A DNA stretch of 64,000 bases from Streptosporangiaceae bacterium (GTDB lineage Bacteria > Actinomycetota > Actinomycetes > Streptosporangiales > Streptosporangiaceae), in the NCBI GenBank assembly GCA_052143655.1, contig JBKQSL010000045.1:3793-67792 (forward strand), given 5' to 3'. The translations under genes and the position numbers were made by a program. Shown one piece after another: positions 44,291 to 54,714 of the stretch. Numbering within the stretch: the stretch's first letter is position 1; every line of letters starts with the position of its first letter. The notes under the pieces are model-generated. The model searched no databases. It was not told where the DNA came from and worked only from the letters and a program-made list of their open reading frames with translations.

Positions 44291-45364
44291 TCATTGCGCC
44301 CGGCTTCCCTCACGCCGGGGGCGGCGGCCCGGCAGCCGCGGGTCCGCGGCCTTGCGGGCGTCATACCGCTCGTAGGCGTCCACGATCTCGCCAACCAGCT
44401 TGTGCCGCACCACGTCGTGGCTGGTCAGCCGGCAGAAATGAATGTCCTCGACGCCGTCGAGGATGTCCTGCACCAGGCGCAGCCCGGACAGCTGGCCGGC
44501 CGGCAGGTCGACTTGGGTCACGTCACCGGTGACGACAACCCGGGAGCCGAACCCCAGCCGGGTGAGGAACATCTTCATCTGCTCAGGCGAGGTGTTCTGC
44601 GCCTCGTCCAGGATGATGAACGAGTCGTTCAGCGTCCGGCCGCGCATGTACGCCAGCGGTGCGATCTCGATGGTCCCGGCCGCGGTCAGCCGCGGGATCG
44701 TGTCCTGGTCCAGCATGTCGTGCAGGGCATCGTAGAGCGGGCGCAGGTAGGGGTCGATCTTCTCGTAGAGCGTCCCCGGCAGGAAGCCCAGCCGCTCCCC
44801 CGCCTCCACGGCCGGCCGGGTCAGGATGATCCGGTTGACCTCCTTGGCCTGCAGCGCCTTGACCGCCTTGGCCATCGCCAGGTAGGTCTTGCCGGTGCCG
44901 GCCGGGCCGATCGCGAACACGATCGTATTCTGGTCGATCGCGTCGACGTAGCGCTTCTGGTTGAGCGTCTTGGGGCGGATCGTGCGGCCGCGCGCCGACA
45001 GGATGTCCAGCGTCAGCACCTCGGCCGGCCGCGGCCCGCTCTTGCGGCGCAGCATCGCCACGGTCCGCTCGATCGAGTCAGGCGTCAGCTCGGCACCGCC
45101 CGCCACCATCTGGATCAGCTCGGCGATCAGCCGCTGCGCGGCCGCCGTCTTGGCCGGCTCGCCGGTCAGGGTGATCTCGTTGCCGCGCACGTGGATATCG
45201 GCGTCGATCGCGCCCTCGATGACGTGCAGCAGCTCGTCGCGCGAGCCGAGCAGGCTGAGCATCGAGTGATCATCCGGAATGACGATCTTCACCGGTCCGC
45301 CGCCGGGCGGCGCCGCATCGCCGCGCAGGTCAGCGTCGCGGCGGTCAGTGGAATTGTCGGTCAA
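44291..45364 (-). CDS. phoH: PhoH-family ATPase
   Basis: Walker [14 protein letters not shown]; 357 aa. Confidence 0.95.
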   Translation of the reverse strand: MTDNSTDRRDADLRGDAAPPGGGPVKIVIPDDHSMLSLLGSRDELLHVIEGAIDADIHVRGNEITLTGEPAKTAAAQRLIAELIQMVAGGAELTPDSIERTVAMLRRKSGPRPAEVLTLDILSARGRTIRPKTLNQKRYVDAIDQNTIVFAIGPAGTGKTYLAMAKAVKALQAKEVNRIILTRPAVEAGERLGFLPGTLYEKIDPYLRPLYDALHDMLDQDTIPRLTAAGTIEIAPLAYMRGRTLNDSFIILDEAQNTSPEQMKMFLTRLGFGSRVVVTGDVTQVDLPAGQLSGLRLVQDILDGVEDIHFCRLTSHDVVRHKLVGEIVDAYERYDARKAADPRLPGRRPRREGSRAQ

Positions 45365-45490
45365 AGGCCCTTCCCCGTGCTGGCAGGCGCCCCGGTGCCG
45401 GGGCGCCTGCCATGGTAGCTGCGCCGGCCACAGTGCCCGGGCGTCCCGGCAGCGCCCGGGCCGGCCAGGGCGCCGGCCCGGCTTGAGTCG

Positions 45491-45835
45491 TCATCCGGGC
45501 GGCCAGGTCAGCTGGCGGCCGCCCATGACATGCGCGTGCACGTGGCCGACGGTCTGGCCGCCGTGTGACCCGGTGTTGAACACCACCCGGTAGCCGGTGT
45601 CGGCGATCTGCTCCTGGCTGGCTACCCGGTGCGCCTGCGCCGCAACCTCCTCGACGAGCCCGTCTCCGGCCGCGGCGAGCGCAGACAGATCGGCGAAGTG
45701 ATCGCGCGTAATGACCAGGACGTGTACAGGAGCCTGCGGGTTTATGTCCCGGAACGCAACCGTTCGCGGCCCTTCGAGCACGCGAGCGGCCGGAATATCA
45801 CCTGCGGCGATACCGCAGAAGAGGCAATCTGCCAT
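45491..45835 (-). CDS. HIT-family (histidine triad) protein
   Basis: MADCLFCGI...; HVHAHV triad. Confidence 0.9.
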   Translation of the reverse strand: MADCLFCGIAAGDIPAARVLEGPRTVAFRDINPQAPVHVLVITRDHFADLSALAAAGDGLVEEVAAQAHRVASQEQIADTGYRVVFNTGSHGGQTVGHVHAHVMGGRQLTWPPG

Positions 45836-46066
45836 GGGCCAGATCTTAACGTGTGGCCCTACGAGAGGACTGGCGACATATATGGTTGCTCTACTGCGAA
45901 CCCCCGGCGCATTACCCCCGTGCGGCACAGTCTGCCCAGGCCTGCTTTCCCGCGGCCCTGGGGCACTGCCCGGAGCGGTCGCGGCTGAAATCTGTGAGCT
46001 GGCATTGGGGGGAAGTGCGATCGTTGAGGCAGATCCGCTGGCAGGCGTCGACATCGAAGATCAGTT

Positions 46067-46654
46067 ATGACGGCCAGTGAACCCGCGGACGTCGCTACGC
46101 GTCCTATGCACGTGACCGAAACCCTGCTGGCCGATAGCGCGGTAGGCGCGATCCCGGCCGACTGGGACGCCGACCGAGCAGTGACCGCCCTGTACTCCGC
46201 GCACTACCGGTCCCTGGTGCGCCTTGCGGCACTGCTGGTGCGCGACGTCGCCACCGCAGAGGAAGTCGTCCAGGAGTCGTTCGTCTCGATGCACGGCGGC
46301 TGGCGCCGCCTGCGGGACAGCGAGAAGGCCCTGTCATACCTGCGGCAGTCGGTGGTGAACAGGTCGCGCTCGGTGCTGCGGCACCGGGTCGTGGTTGACC
46401 GGAACGCGCCGAAGCCGCCGCCCGATATGCCGAGCGCCGAGCAGGGCGCGATCACCTTGCTGGAGCGATCCGCCGTGGTCGCCGCGCTGCGCACCCTGCC
46501 GGCCCGGCAGCGCGAGGCGCTCGTGCTGCGCTACTACGGCGACCTGTCCGAGGCCCAGATCGCCGCGGCCATGGGCATCAGCCGCGGGGCCGTGAAAAGC
46601 CACACCGCCCGGGCCATGGCGGCCCTGCGGGTCGTGCTGGAGCGTGAGGCATGA
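46067..46654 (+). CDS. ECF-type RNA polymerase sigma factor
   Basis: Region 2 EEVVQESFVSMHGGWRRL; region 4 LPARQREALVLRYYGDLSEAQIAAAMGISRGAVKSHTARA. Confidence 0.9.
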   Translation: MTASEPADVATRPMHVTETLLADSAVGAIPADWDADRAVTALYSAHYRSLVRLAALLVRDVATAEEVVQESFVSMHGGWRRLRDSEKALSYLRQSVVNRSRSVLRHRVVVDRNAPKPPPDMPSAEQGAITLLERSAVVAALRTLPARQREALVLRYYGDLSEAQIAAAMGISRGAVKSHTARAMAALRVVLEREA

Positions 46655-47910
46655 CCCACCACGACACGCCGTACGAGCAGATCCTGCGCCGGGCGCTGCA
46701 TGCGGCGGCGGACGGGGTCGAGCCGGAGGCCGACGGCCTGGAGCGAATCCGCGCCCGGCTGACCGTCCCGAGCCCGCTGCCGATCGCCTGGATGAGCGCG
46801 GCCCTCGCCGCCGTGTCCGCCGTCACGCTGGGCTGGCTGCAGGCGGCGTCGGAGCGGATGCCGGGCACGGCCGAATGGCTGCGGTCCGGCCCGCTGCACC
46901 GCGGCTGGACCGCGGTCACCGCGCTGCCGTCCCGGCTCGGCCTGGCGCAGCGGCTGCCCATGGTCAGCGGCTGGCTGCACACGGCGGGCCAGGGCCTGCG
47001 GGCCGGCACTGCCCGGCTGAACGAGGCTGCCGGCAGGCTGCCGGCCCCGAAGCTTCCGGCAGCGCTGCGCCCGGCCGCGAGCCAGGGCCGCCCTGTGCCC
47101 GGCGCCCGGCCCCGCCCGCAGGGCTGGCTGCGCACGGTCCCGGTGGTCGCCGTGGCCATCGTGATCGTGGGCATCGGCGCGCTCGCGCTCATCCGCCTGC
47201 CGCAGACCCTGTCCTCCGCGACCGGCGGCGGCCTCCCCGGGCTCAGCAACTCGGGCGGCAACGGGGGGCCAGCCGGCTCGGCGAACGGTACCGGCAAGCC
47301 GATCGCGGGCAGCCAGCAGTCCGGCAGTAGCCACTCCATCACCCCATTTATCTCGCGGCGGGCCGGCACGGCCATCTGCCCGCCCTCCGTGCCACCCATG
47401 TCGGGGGACCACAGCACGAAGCCCTCGCCGGGCGCCACGGCGAGCACTTCACCGTCGGCGCCGCCCGCCAGCCCGTCGTCGTCGCCGACGGCCAGCGCGT
47501 CGCCGTCGCCGACGGCCAGCGCGTCGCCGTCGACCAGTGACTCGCCGTCGCCCTCGACGTCGCCGTCGGCCAGTGACTCACCGTCGCCGGGCACCTCGTC
47601 GCCCAGCTCCGGCGAGAACAGCAGTTCCCCGGCGGCGCCCGCCAGCGGCGCCCAGGCGAACGGCACGGTGACCGGCGCCCAGACGGCTGTGCACTTCCAG
47701 GCGCAGTCCCAGTCGGTCACGAAGTCCACCGGCAGCGCCGCCGCCAGGGCTGCCGGAGCGGACCAGACGCCGTGCTCGCTGAGCGCGCTGGGCTACCAGC
47801 CAGTGCAGCGCAGCAGCAGGACCGGGGCCGCAAGCCAGCCAGGCGGGACTAACGCCGGGACGGCCGCCGCCCTGGCGGACGTCGCCGACCGGCGCGGCCT
47901 GGTGGCCTGA
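46651..47910 (+). CDS. Putative anti-sigma / membrane protein with Ser/Pro/Thr-rich extracytoplasmic region
   Basis: ATGA overlap with sigma gene; TM segments; SPSPTASASPSPTASASPSTSDSPSPS low-complexity (24-bp DNA repeat 47487-47534). Confidence 0.6.
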   Translation: MTHHDTPYEQILRRALHAAADGVEPEADGLERIRARLTVPSPLPIAWMSAALAAVSAVTLGWLQAASERMPGTAEWLRSGPLHRGWTAVTALPSRLGLAQRLPMVSGWLHTAGQGLRAGTARLNEAAGRLPAPKLPAALRPAASQGRPVPGARPRPQGWLRTVPVVAVAIVIVGIGALALIRLPQTLSSATGGGLPGLSNSGGNGGPAGSANGTGKPIAGSQQSGSSHSITPFISRRAGTAICPPSVPPMSGDHSTKPSPGATASTSPSAPPASPSSSPTASASPSPTASASPSTSDSPSPSTSPSASDSPSPGTSSPSSGENSSSPAAPASGAQANGTVTGAQTAVHFQAQSQSVTKSTGSAAARAAGADQTPCSLSALGYQPVQRSSRTGAASQPGGTNAGTAAALADVADRRGLVA

Positions 47911-47929
47911 CCCGGCTGAGCCGGGCGGG

Positions 47930-48664
47930 CTAGGGCCAGCGGCCGCAGCGGCTGAGCACCAGGGCCGCGGCCACCGCGCCAGCGGACGAGGCGCGAAGCA
48001 CGGCGGGCCCGAGCCGCGCGGATCCGGCCCCGGCAGCAGCGAGCGCGGCCGCCTCGGCCGGGCTGATGCCGCCCTCCGGGCCGACGATCAGCACGATGTC
48101 GCCGTCGGCGGGCAGCGCCGTGGCGGCGAGCGGCTGCGATGCGGCCGGGTCGAGCACCAGCGCCAGCCGGGCCGCCGCGACCCGGCTGGCCAGCGCGGCG
48201 GTGTCCATCGCCTCGGTGACCTCGGGAAACCAGGACCGGCGCGACTGCTTGGCCGCCTCGCGTGCCGTCACCCGCCAGCGGCCGAGCGCCCGGTCCGCCC
48301 GCTCGGGCCGCCAGCGGGCCACGCATCTCTCGGCGGCCCACGGGATCAGCACGTCGACGCCGACCTCGGTCATGATCTCCACGGCCAGCTCACCGCGATC
48401 ACCCTTGGGAATGCCCTGCACGACGACCAGCCGGGGCTGCGGTGGCGGCTGCACCCGCCGGGCCCTCACCGCGAGCTCCAGCGTGCCGGGCCGGGCGGCG
48501 GTGACGGTGCACTCGGCCAGCGTGCCCTGGCCATCGGTGAGGTCCACCCGCTCGCCCGCCGCGATCCGGCGCACCGTCGTCGCGTGCCGCCCCTCAGGCC
48601 CGGCCAGCATGACGTGGTCGTGCGCCAGGCCGGAGCGGCCGGCGACGAAGACCGGCGGGATCAC
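47930..48664 (-). CDS. rsmE: 16S rRNA (uracil1498-N3)-methyltransferase
   Basis: RHATTVRRIAAGERVDLTDGQG; IVGPEGGISPAE. Confidence 0.85.
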   Translation of the reverse strand: MIPPVFVAGRSGLAHDHVMLAGPEGRHATTVRRIAAGERVDLTDGQGTLAECTVTAARPGTLELAVRARRVQPPPQPRLVVVQGIPKGDRGELAVEIMTEVGVDVLIPWAAERCVARWRPERADRALGRWRVTAREAAKQSRRSWFPEVTEAMDTAALASRVAAARLALVLDPAASQPLAATALPADGDIVLIVGPEGGISPAEAAALAAAGAGSARLGPAVLRASSAGAVAAALVLSRCGRWP

Positions 48665-48700
48665 GTCAGCCGCCCGGCAGCATCGGCCGCACAGGCCGGG

Positions 48701-49840
48701 TCAGCGGCCGTTGAAGGCGTCACGCAGCCGGGAGAAGAAGCCATGCTGCCCGGGCGCGAACCGGCCGGGGGGCGATTCCTCGCCGCGCAGCCGGGCCAGC
48801 TCGCGCAGCAGGCCCTCCTGCTCGGCGTCCAGCTTGCTCGGCGTCTCCACGGTCACGTGGATCATCAGGTCGCCCCGGCCCTGTGCGTTCAGGTGCGCCG
48901 TGCCCTGCCCGTACAGCGGGATCGCCTGCCCGGACTGGGTGCCCGGCCGGATGTCGATCTCGGCCGGGCCGTCGAGGGTCTGCACCTTCAGCGTGGCGCC
49001 GAGGGCCGCCGCCACCATCGGGATGGTGACCGTGCAGTGCAGGTCGTCACCCGCCCGCTCGAAGATCGGGTGCGGCCGCTGGATGATCTCCAGGAAAAGG
49101 TCGCCGGGCGGGCCGCCGCCCGGCCCGGTCTCGCCCTCGCCCGCCAGCTGGATGTGCGTGCCGTCCTCCACGCCCGCCGGGATCCGGACCTTGATCGTGC
49201 GCCGGGTGCGGACCCGGCCGTCCGCGTCGCACTCCGGGCACGGCCGCCGGATCACGGTGCCGTAGCCGCCGCAGCCCGGGCACGGCCGCGAGGTCATCAC
49301 CTGGCCGAGGAACGAACGGGTGACCTGGTTCACCTCACCGCGTCCGTGGCAGACCTCGCAGGTCGTGGGGTGCGTGCCGGGCGCGGTGCCCTCGCCGGAG
49401 CAGGTCGGGCAGACCACCGCGGTGTCGATGGTCAGGTCCCGGGTGGTACCGAACGCGCATTCAGACAAGTCCAGCTCGACCCGGATGGTGGCGTTGCGGC
49501 CCCGGCGGGCCCGGCTGCGCGGCCCGCGGGCAGCGCCGCCACCGCCGAAGAACGCGTCCATGATGTCGCTGAACGGGAAGCCGGGCCCGAACCCGCCCGG
49601 CCCCGCACTGGCGCCGCCGCGCGGCGCGAACGGGTCAGCGCCCAGGTCGTACATCTGCCGCTTCTCCGGATCGGAGAGCACCTCGTAGGCCTGGTTGATG
49701 TCCTTGAACCGCTCCTGCGTCTGCGGGTCCGGGTTGACGTCAGGATGCAGTTCCCTGGCCAGCCGCCGGTACGCCTTCTTGATCTCGTCGGCGTCAGCAT
49801 CCCGGCGGACGCCGAGCGTCGCGTAGTAGTCGTTTGCCAC
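48701..49840 (-). CDS. dnaJ: Chaperone DnaJ
   Basis: J-domain DYYATLGV...LHPDVN; four CxxCxGxG repeats. Confidence 0.97.
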   Translation of the reverse strand: MANDYYATLGVRRDADADEIKKAYRRLARELHPDVNPDPQTQERFKDINQAYEVLSDPEKRQMYDLGADPFAPRGGASAGPGGFGPGFPFSDIMDAFFGGGGAARGPRSRARRGRNATIRVELDLSECAFGTTRDLTIDTAVVCPTCSGEGTAPGTHPTTCEVCHGRGEVNQVTRSFLGQVMTSRPCPGCGGYGTVIRRPCPECDADGRVRTRRTIKVRIPAGVEDGTHIQLAGEGETGPGGGPPGDLFLEIIQRPHPIFERAGDDLHCTVTIPMVAAALGATLKVQTLDGPAEIDIRPGTQSGQAIPLYGQGTAHLNAQGRGDLMIHVTVETPSKLDAEQEGLLRELARLRGEESPPGRFAPGQHGFFSRLRDAFNGR

Positions 49841-49848
49841 GCCGGTCC

Positions 49849-50862
49849 CTACTGTTCTGCCAGGATCTGGCCCACGTACCGTGCCACTGCGCGCACCGCT
49901 CCCATCGCCGTCGGGTAGTCCATCCGGGTCGGCCCGAGCACGCCGAGCTTGGCCAGCTGCTGGTCACCCGATCCGTACCCGGCGGCGACCAGCGACGTGC
50001 TGCGCAGTCCCTGAACCTCATTCTCCGCGCCGATCCGCACGGTCAGCGTGTCCTCGTCGGAGGATTCGCCGAGCAGCCGGATCAGCACCACCTGCTCCTC
50101 CAGCGCCTCCAGGACCTCGTGCATCCCGCGGGAGAAGTCGCCAGGGGCGAGGTTGGCTGCACCGCCGACGACGACCCGCTCCTCGTGCCGTTCGACCAGA
50201 GTCTCCAGGATTACGGAGAATATCGCCGCCGCATTGGCCCGCTCGCCCGGCATGACCCGTTCGGGCAGCTCGGCGACGACCGAGGCAACCTCAGTCAGCC
50301 TGCGCCCGTCGAGGCAGGCGTTGAGCACCGCGCGCAGCTGGGTGATCGACTCCTCGCCGATGCTGTCCGGCAGCTCGACCATCCGCTGCTCGACCCGCCC
50401 GGTGTCGGTGATCAGCACCAGCAGCAGCCGCCGGTCAGCCAGCGGCACCAGCTCAACGTGCCGGACCGACGACCTGGTCAGCGACGGGTACTGGACCATC
50501 GCCACCTGCCTGGTCAGCTGAGCTAGCAGCCGCACCGTCCGCAGGACCACGTCGTCGAGGTCATAGGCCCCGGCCAGGAAGGTCTCCACCGCGCGCCGCT
50601 CGGCCGGGGTGAACGGCTTGATGCCCGACAGCCGGTCGACGAACAGCCGGTACCCCTTGTCCGTCGGAACCCGCCCGGCGCTGGTGTGCGGCTGGACAAT
50701 GTAGCCCTGCTCTTCGAGCACGGCCATGTCGTTGCGGATGGTGGCCGGAGAGACGTCCAGGCTGTGCCGGTCCACGAGGGCTTTCGAGCCGACCGGCTCA
50801 TGCGAGGACACGTAGTCCTGCACGATGGCGCGCAAGACCGCTAGCTTCCTGTCGTCAAGCAC
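49849..50862 (-). CDS. hrcA: Heat-inducible transcription repressor HrcA
   Basis: [29 protein letters not shown]; SD gggagg before GTG 50862 (ORF extends to 50883 but that would overlap CIRCE). Confidence 0.9.
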   Translation of the reverse strand: MLDDRKLAVLRAIVQDYVSSHEPVGSKALVDRHSLDVSPATIRNDMAVLEEQGYIVQPHTSAGRVPTDKGYRLFVDRLSGIKPFTPAERRAVETFLAGAYDLDDVVLRTVRLLAQLTRQVAMVQYPSLTRSSVRHVELVPLADRRLLLVLITDTGRVEQRMVELPDSIGEESITQLRAVLNACLDGRRLTEVASVVAELPERVMPGERANAAAIFSVILETLVERHEERVVVGGAANLAPGDFSRGMHEVLEALEEQVVLIRLLGESSDEDTLTVRIGAENEVQGLRSTSLVAAGYGSGDQQLAKLGVLGPTRMDYPTAMGAVRAVARYVGQILAEQ

Positions 50863-50877
50863 GCGCAACCCCCTCCC

Positions 50878-50902
50878 TGGCACTCACATCTCTAGAGTGC
50901 CA
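50878..50902. promoter_or_regulatory. CIRCE operator (HrcA binding site)
   Basis: tggcactc-acatctcta-gagtgcca: perfect 8-bp arms, 9-bp spacer; compare consensus TTAGCACTC-N9-GAGTGCTAA. Confidence 0.75.
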
Positions 50903-51008
50903 AGTCTATGGGGCGAATGACGCTGGCGGCACGCCCGTGCGCCAGTGCCGATTAGGCAGCCGGGGTCATACCGTTTTAGCGTGGATTCATCAGCCGTATA
51001 GACGAGGG

Positions 51009-51695
51009 ATGATGACGAGTTATCCATCGCAGCCGACGCCGGGTCAGCCGACCACGGCCGCGCAGGCCGCCCTGGAGGGTGACCAGGCGGCCGGGAGCTG
51101 GCCGCTGGCATCGGTGCCGGATGACTGGCCAGATGGCGGGCCTGCCCCGCACCGGCCCGCGGCCGGCCCCGCGCCATTCCTGCATCCCGATCCCGTCACC
51201 GGCCCGCAGCCGGTCGCTGGCCTGCAGCCGGTCACCGGGCCGCACCTGGTCCAGGCGGTCGGCGCGGCGGGCCCGCCGGCCCCGGACGGATCCGGCCGGC
51301 CTGATCCGGGCGCGGCGGCCGGGACCGGCGGGCGGCTGCCCGCGGCCGAGGCGGACTGCCGCTGGGCGATGCTCAGCTACCTGGGCATCCCGTTCTTCAG
51401 CTTCGTGCCGCCGCTGGCTGTGTACCTGATCAGGCTGCGCACGCCGTTCAGCCGCCGGCATGCGGCCCAGGCGCTGAACCTGGCCATCACCATCCTGCTC
51501 TACAACCTGTCGGCCGTGATCATCGGCGGCGTGCTGGCGCTGGACGCGCTGCGGACCGCGCTGCTGATCGTGACGCCGGTCACGGCGGCCCTGTGGCTGG
51601 TGGCGCTGGCCTACCTGGCGCGCTGCGCCCTGGACGCCGGCCGCGGCGAGTTCCGCCCGATCCCGGCCTGGCTCTGCGCCACGCTCGTGCACTGA
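51009..51695 (+). CDS. DUF4870-like membrane protein with Pro-rich N-terminus
   Basis: CRWAMLSYLGIPFFSFVPPLAVYLI...RRHAAQALNLAITILLY. Confidence 0.65.
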   Translation: MMTSYPSQPTPGQPTTAAQAALEGDQAAGSWPLASVPDDWPDGGPAPHRPAAGPAPFLHPDPVTGPQPVAGLQPVTGPHLVQAVGAAGPPAPDGSGRPDPGAAAGTGGRLPAAEADCRWAMLSYLGIPFFSFVPPLAVYLIRLRTPFSRRHAAQALNLAITILLYNLSAVIIGGVLALDALRTALLIVTPVTAALWLVALAYLARCALDAGRGEFRPIPAWLCATLVH

Positions 51696-51725
51696 CCGCT
51701 CGCGCAGTGACGGTGGCTGGCTGGC

Positions 51726-52946
51726 CTAGTCAGTCAGGCCGCGGATCACCGCGTCGGCCAGCAGGCGGCCGCGGCCGGTCAGCACCACCCGGCCGGCATC
51801 GAGCGCGGCCGGATCAGCCAGGCCGTCAGCAGCGGCGGCCGCGGCCGCGGCCCGGCGCGCCGGGGCCAGCTCGGTCACCGGACAGCCGGCGGCGAGCCGG
51901 GTGCGCAGCATGATCTGCTCGGTCCGGCGCTCGCCGGCGGTGAGGATCTCCCGTCCCTGCCCAGGGCTGGCGCCCGCCGCCAGCCGCTGCGCGTAGGCGG
52001 CCGGATGCCGCACGTTCCACCAGCGGGTCCCGCCGACGTGACTGTGCGCCCCCGGGCCCACTCCCCACCAGTCGCCGCCGGTCCAGTACAGCAGGTTGAG
52101 CCGGCACTGCGCGCTTGGCGAGGCGGCCCAGTTGGACAGCTCGTACCAGCGCAGGCCCCGGCGGGACAGCAGGTCGTCGGCAGCGAGGTAGCGGTCGGCC
52201 ATCGCGTCGTCGTCCGGGGGCGGCAGCTCGCCGCGCCGGATCCGCGCCGCCAGCCGGGTGCCGTCCTCGACGATGAGCGCGTAGGCCGAGATATGGTCCG
52301 GGCCGGCGTCGGCCGCGGCCTGCACCGATTCCAGCCAGTCCTGGTCGCTCTCCCCCGGCGTGCCGTAGATGAGGTCCAGGCTGACGTGCTCGAACCCGGC
52401 CGCGCGGGCCCAGCCGGCGCAGGCCTGCGACCGTCCTGGCTGATGCACCCGGTCCAGCACGGCGAGCACGTGCGGGACGGCGCTCTGCATGCCCAGCGAG
52501 ATCCGGGTGAACCCGGCGGCGCGCAGCTGCTCCAGGCTGGCTGGCGTCACGGTTTCCGGGTTCGCCTCCGCGGTCACCTCGGCGTCCGGGGGCAGGCCGA
52601 ACTCGGCGTCGATGACAGTCAGGATCGCGCCCAGGTCAGCGGGCGGCAGCAGGGTCGGCGTGCCGCCGCCGAAGAACACCGCGCTGACCGGCAGGTCCGC
52701 GCCGCCCAGCACCCGGCGGGCCAGCCGGATTTCCGCGATGGCCTGAGCCGGGTAGGCGGCGCGGGAGACGCCCGGGCCGAGTTCGGCGGCGGTATAGGTG
52801 TTGAAGTCGCAGTAACCGCACCGCGTCGTGCAGAACGGCACGTGCACGTACATCCCGAATGGCCGGCTGCCCAGGCCCGCCAGCGCGCTGCCGGGCAGCT
52901 GCCCGTCCGCGGGGACCGGAGTTCCCGGTGGCGGGAGGTTAGGCAC
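51726..52946 (-). CDS. hemW: Radical SAM heme chaperone HemW (coproporphyrinogen-III-oxidase-like)
   Basis: YVHVPFCTTRCGYCDFNTY (CxxxCxxC). Confidence 0.9.
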   Translation of the reverse strand: MPNLPPPGTPVPADGQLPGSALAGLGSRPFGMYVHVPFCTTRCGYCDFNTYTAAELGPGVSRAAYPAQAIAEIRLARRVLGGADLPVSAVFFGGGTPTLLPPADLGAILTVIDAEFGLPPDAEVTAEANPETVTPASLEQLRAAGFTRISLGMQSAVPHVLAVLDRVHQPGRSQACAGWARAAGFEHVSLDLIYGTPGESDQDWLESVQAAADAGPDHISAYALIVEDGTRLAARIRRGELPPPDDDAMADRYLAADDLLSRRGLRWYELSNWAASPSAQCRLNLLYWTGGDWWGVGPGAHSHVGGTRWWNVRHPAAYAQRLAAGASPGQGREILTAGERRTEQIMLRTRLAAGCPVTELAPARRAAAAAAAADGLADPAALDAGRVVLTGRGRLLADAVIRGLTD

Positions 52947-52981
52947 TGCGCTGCGCCGCTGCGGAACCGGCCGGGCGCAGC

Positions 52982-53604
52982 TCAGGCACTGGCCTGGCGC
53001 AGGACCCGCGCGCCGATCGCGTCCCAGCCGGCGCCGCGGCCGTCCACTGCCAGCAGCTTGCGCATCAGGCTGGCGTCGCCGTAGAAGGCCCGCATCGACT
53101 CGGCCACGCTGACCCGGCTGTCCGGGCGGCGCAGCAGCGTGACCGCATCCCCGGCACCGACCCCGCCCTCGGTCAGCACGCGCAGGTAGGCCCCGGGACG
53201 GCCGGCGTCGGCGAACCGCCGCACCCAGCGTGACTCACCGAGCCACGTGGCGAACGTGACGCACGGGATACGCGCGGCGGTGACCTGCACGACCGCCGTG
53301 CCCAGCTGCCAGACGTCGCCGATCATGGCGTTGCTGACGTCGATCCCGCTGGTCGTGACGTTCTCGCCGAACAGGCCGTCTCGCGGCCCAGCTGCCCGGC
53401 CCACCAGTCCAGGTCCTCCCGGGCGTAGACGTAGACCGCCTGCTCGCGCCCGCCGTGGTTGTCGGTATCGGCGCACTCGTCCCCGGCCAGCCCGAGCCAG
53501 CCGAGCCGGACCTGGCCCGCCGCCGACCGCTTGTCGATCGCGCTGCGGCCCATCCGGCCGCCGATCGGCTGGTCGGTGATCACGCCGGTGTTCACGGAGA
53601 GCAC
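52982..53604 (-). pseudogene. MOSC-domain protein with apparent 1-nt frameshift near 53378-53388
   Basis: N-part VLSVNTGVITDQPIGGRMGRSAIDKR...YVYAREDLDWWAGQLGRE is in the frame of ORF 53323..54213. C-part DGLFGENVTTSGIDV...RIPCVTF is in the frame of 52982..53476. Span is 623 nt = 3n+2. Confidence 0.65.
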
Positions 53605-53924
53605 TCGCCCGCTGATCCCCGGCGCCTGGTGCGCCCCGGTCTTGTGTTCGTCCGCCGCGAGCCTGCCTGCCATGAGCCGCAGGTTATCCGACAGGCCCGG
53701 GAACAGCCTATTCAATTCCCGGCGGCCAGCTCGGGCCGGCCAGCCAGCCGGCGGATGCGGCCGATCCGGCTTACGGCCGATCCCGGGCGCGCGCGGTGGC
53801 GTTACCCTGGAAGCAGAGGCGGCAGAGCGGGCCGCTGGACGGCCCGCAGCCGGAGCAGGCTGGCGGCCCGCGAGCGGCGCAGGATCGGCGAGCGGGGGCA
53901 CGGCGATATGGCGGGGCGGACGAG

Positions 53925-54455
53925 ATGACGGCAGGCGGCTACGGCCAGGCGCAAGCGGCAGGCGGTCACGGTCAGCTGCGCCCCATGCCCGGACCAGGCC
54001 CGCTGCGCCCGCCGGGCGGGGGCCAGATGCGGGCCTCCGATCAGGACCGGGACGCCACTGCCAGCATCCTGCAGACCGCGTTCGCCGAAGGCAGGCTGAG
54101 CCAGGACGAATACGAGGACCGGGTTGGCCGCGCGCTGACGGCGCGGACCTTCGCCGAACTGGACGCGCTGACAGCCGACCTGCCGGGGCGGCGGCCGTTC
54201 GGGCCCGCCGCACCGCGGCACACCAACCAGCTGGCCGTCGCGTCGCTGATCTGCGGGGCGGCGCAGCCGTTCACCGGGATGCTGACCACGATCCCGGCCA
54301 TCGTCCTCGGCCATATCGCCCGGCATCAGATCCGCCGCACCGGCGAGGACGGCGCCGGCCTGGCCACCTGCGGACTGGCTCTGGGCTGGGCCGGGGTGGC
54401 CATACCGCTGCTGGCCCTGCTGGTGTTCTTCCTGGTCGTGGTGCGCCTGTTCTAG
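53925..54455 (+). CDS. DUF1707 (N) + DUF4190 (C) membrane protein
   Basis: MRASDQDRDATASILQTAFAEGRLSQDEYEDRV; C-terminal two-TM LAVASLICGA...IVLGHIARHQIRR. Confidence 0.7.
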   Translation: MTAGGYGQAQAAGGHGQLRPMPGPGPLRPPGGGQMRASDQDRDATASILQTAFAEGRLSQDEYEDRVGRALTARTFAELDALTADLPGRRPFGPAAPRHTNQLAVASLICGAAQPFTGMLTTIPAIVLGHIARHQIRRTGEDGAGLATCGLALGWAGVAIPLLALLVFFLVVVRLF

Positions 54456-54714
54456 CCAGCCAGACGGTCCCTGCTCCCGCTAGCCGGGTACCCTGCGCCG
54501 GCCGGGGACGCCCGGGCCAGGCCCGCGCCCGCCCGGTTGCGGCGAAGGATGCACGCGCCGGGCAGCGATCGGGCAAGCTCGCCGGGAGAATAGGACATGG
54601 ATAAGCGGCGACAGCCGGGGACTAAGGCGGCTCAGCCGCGGTAGCTGTGCAGTCGGCGAGCACCGGGCGGGCCGGACCGGGACACGCCAACCGCACCACA
54701 CTGAAGGATCAGGT

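Noticed and set aside
50903-50960. Second CIRCE element or clear sigma-70 promoter upstream of hrcA
   Set aside because: Only a weak inverted repeat cggcac-N12-gtgccg and a TAGACT -10-like hexamer without a convincing -35 are present. This is not enough to call.
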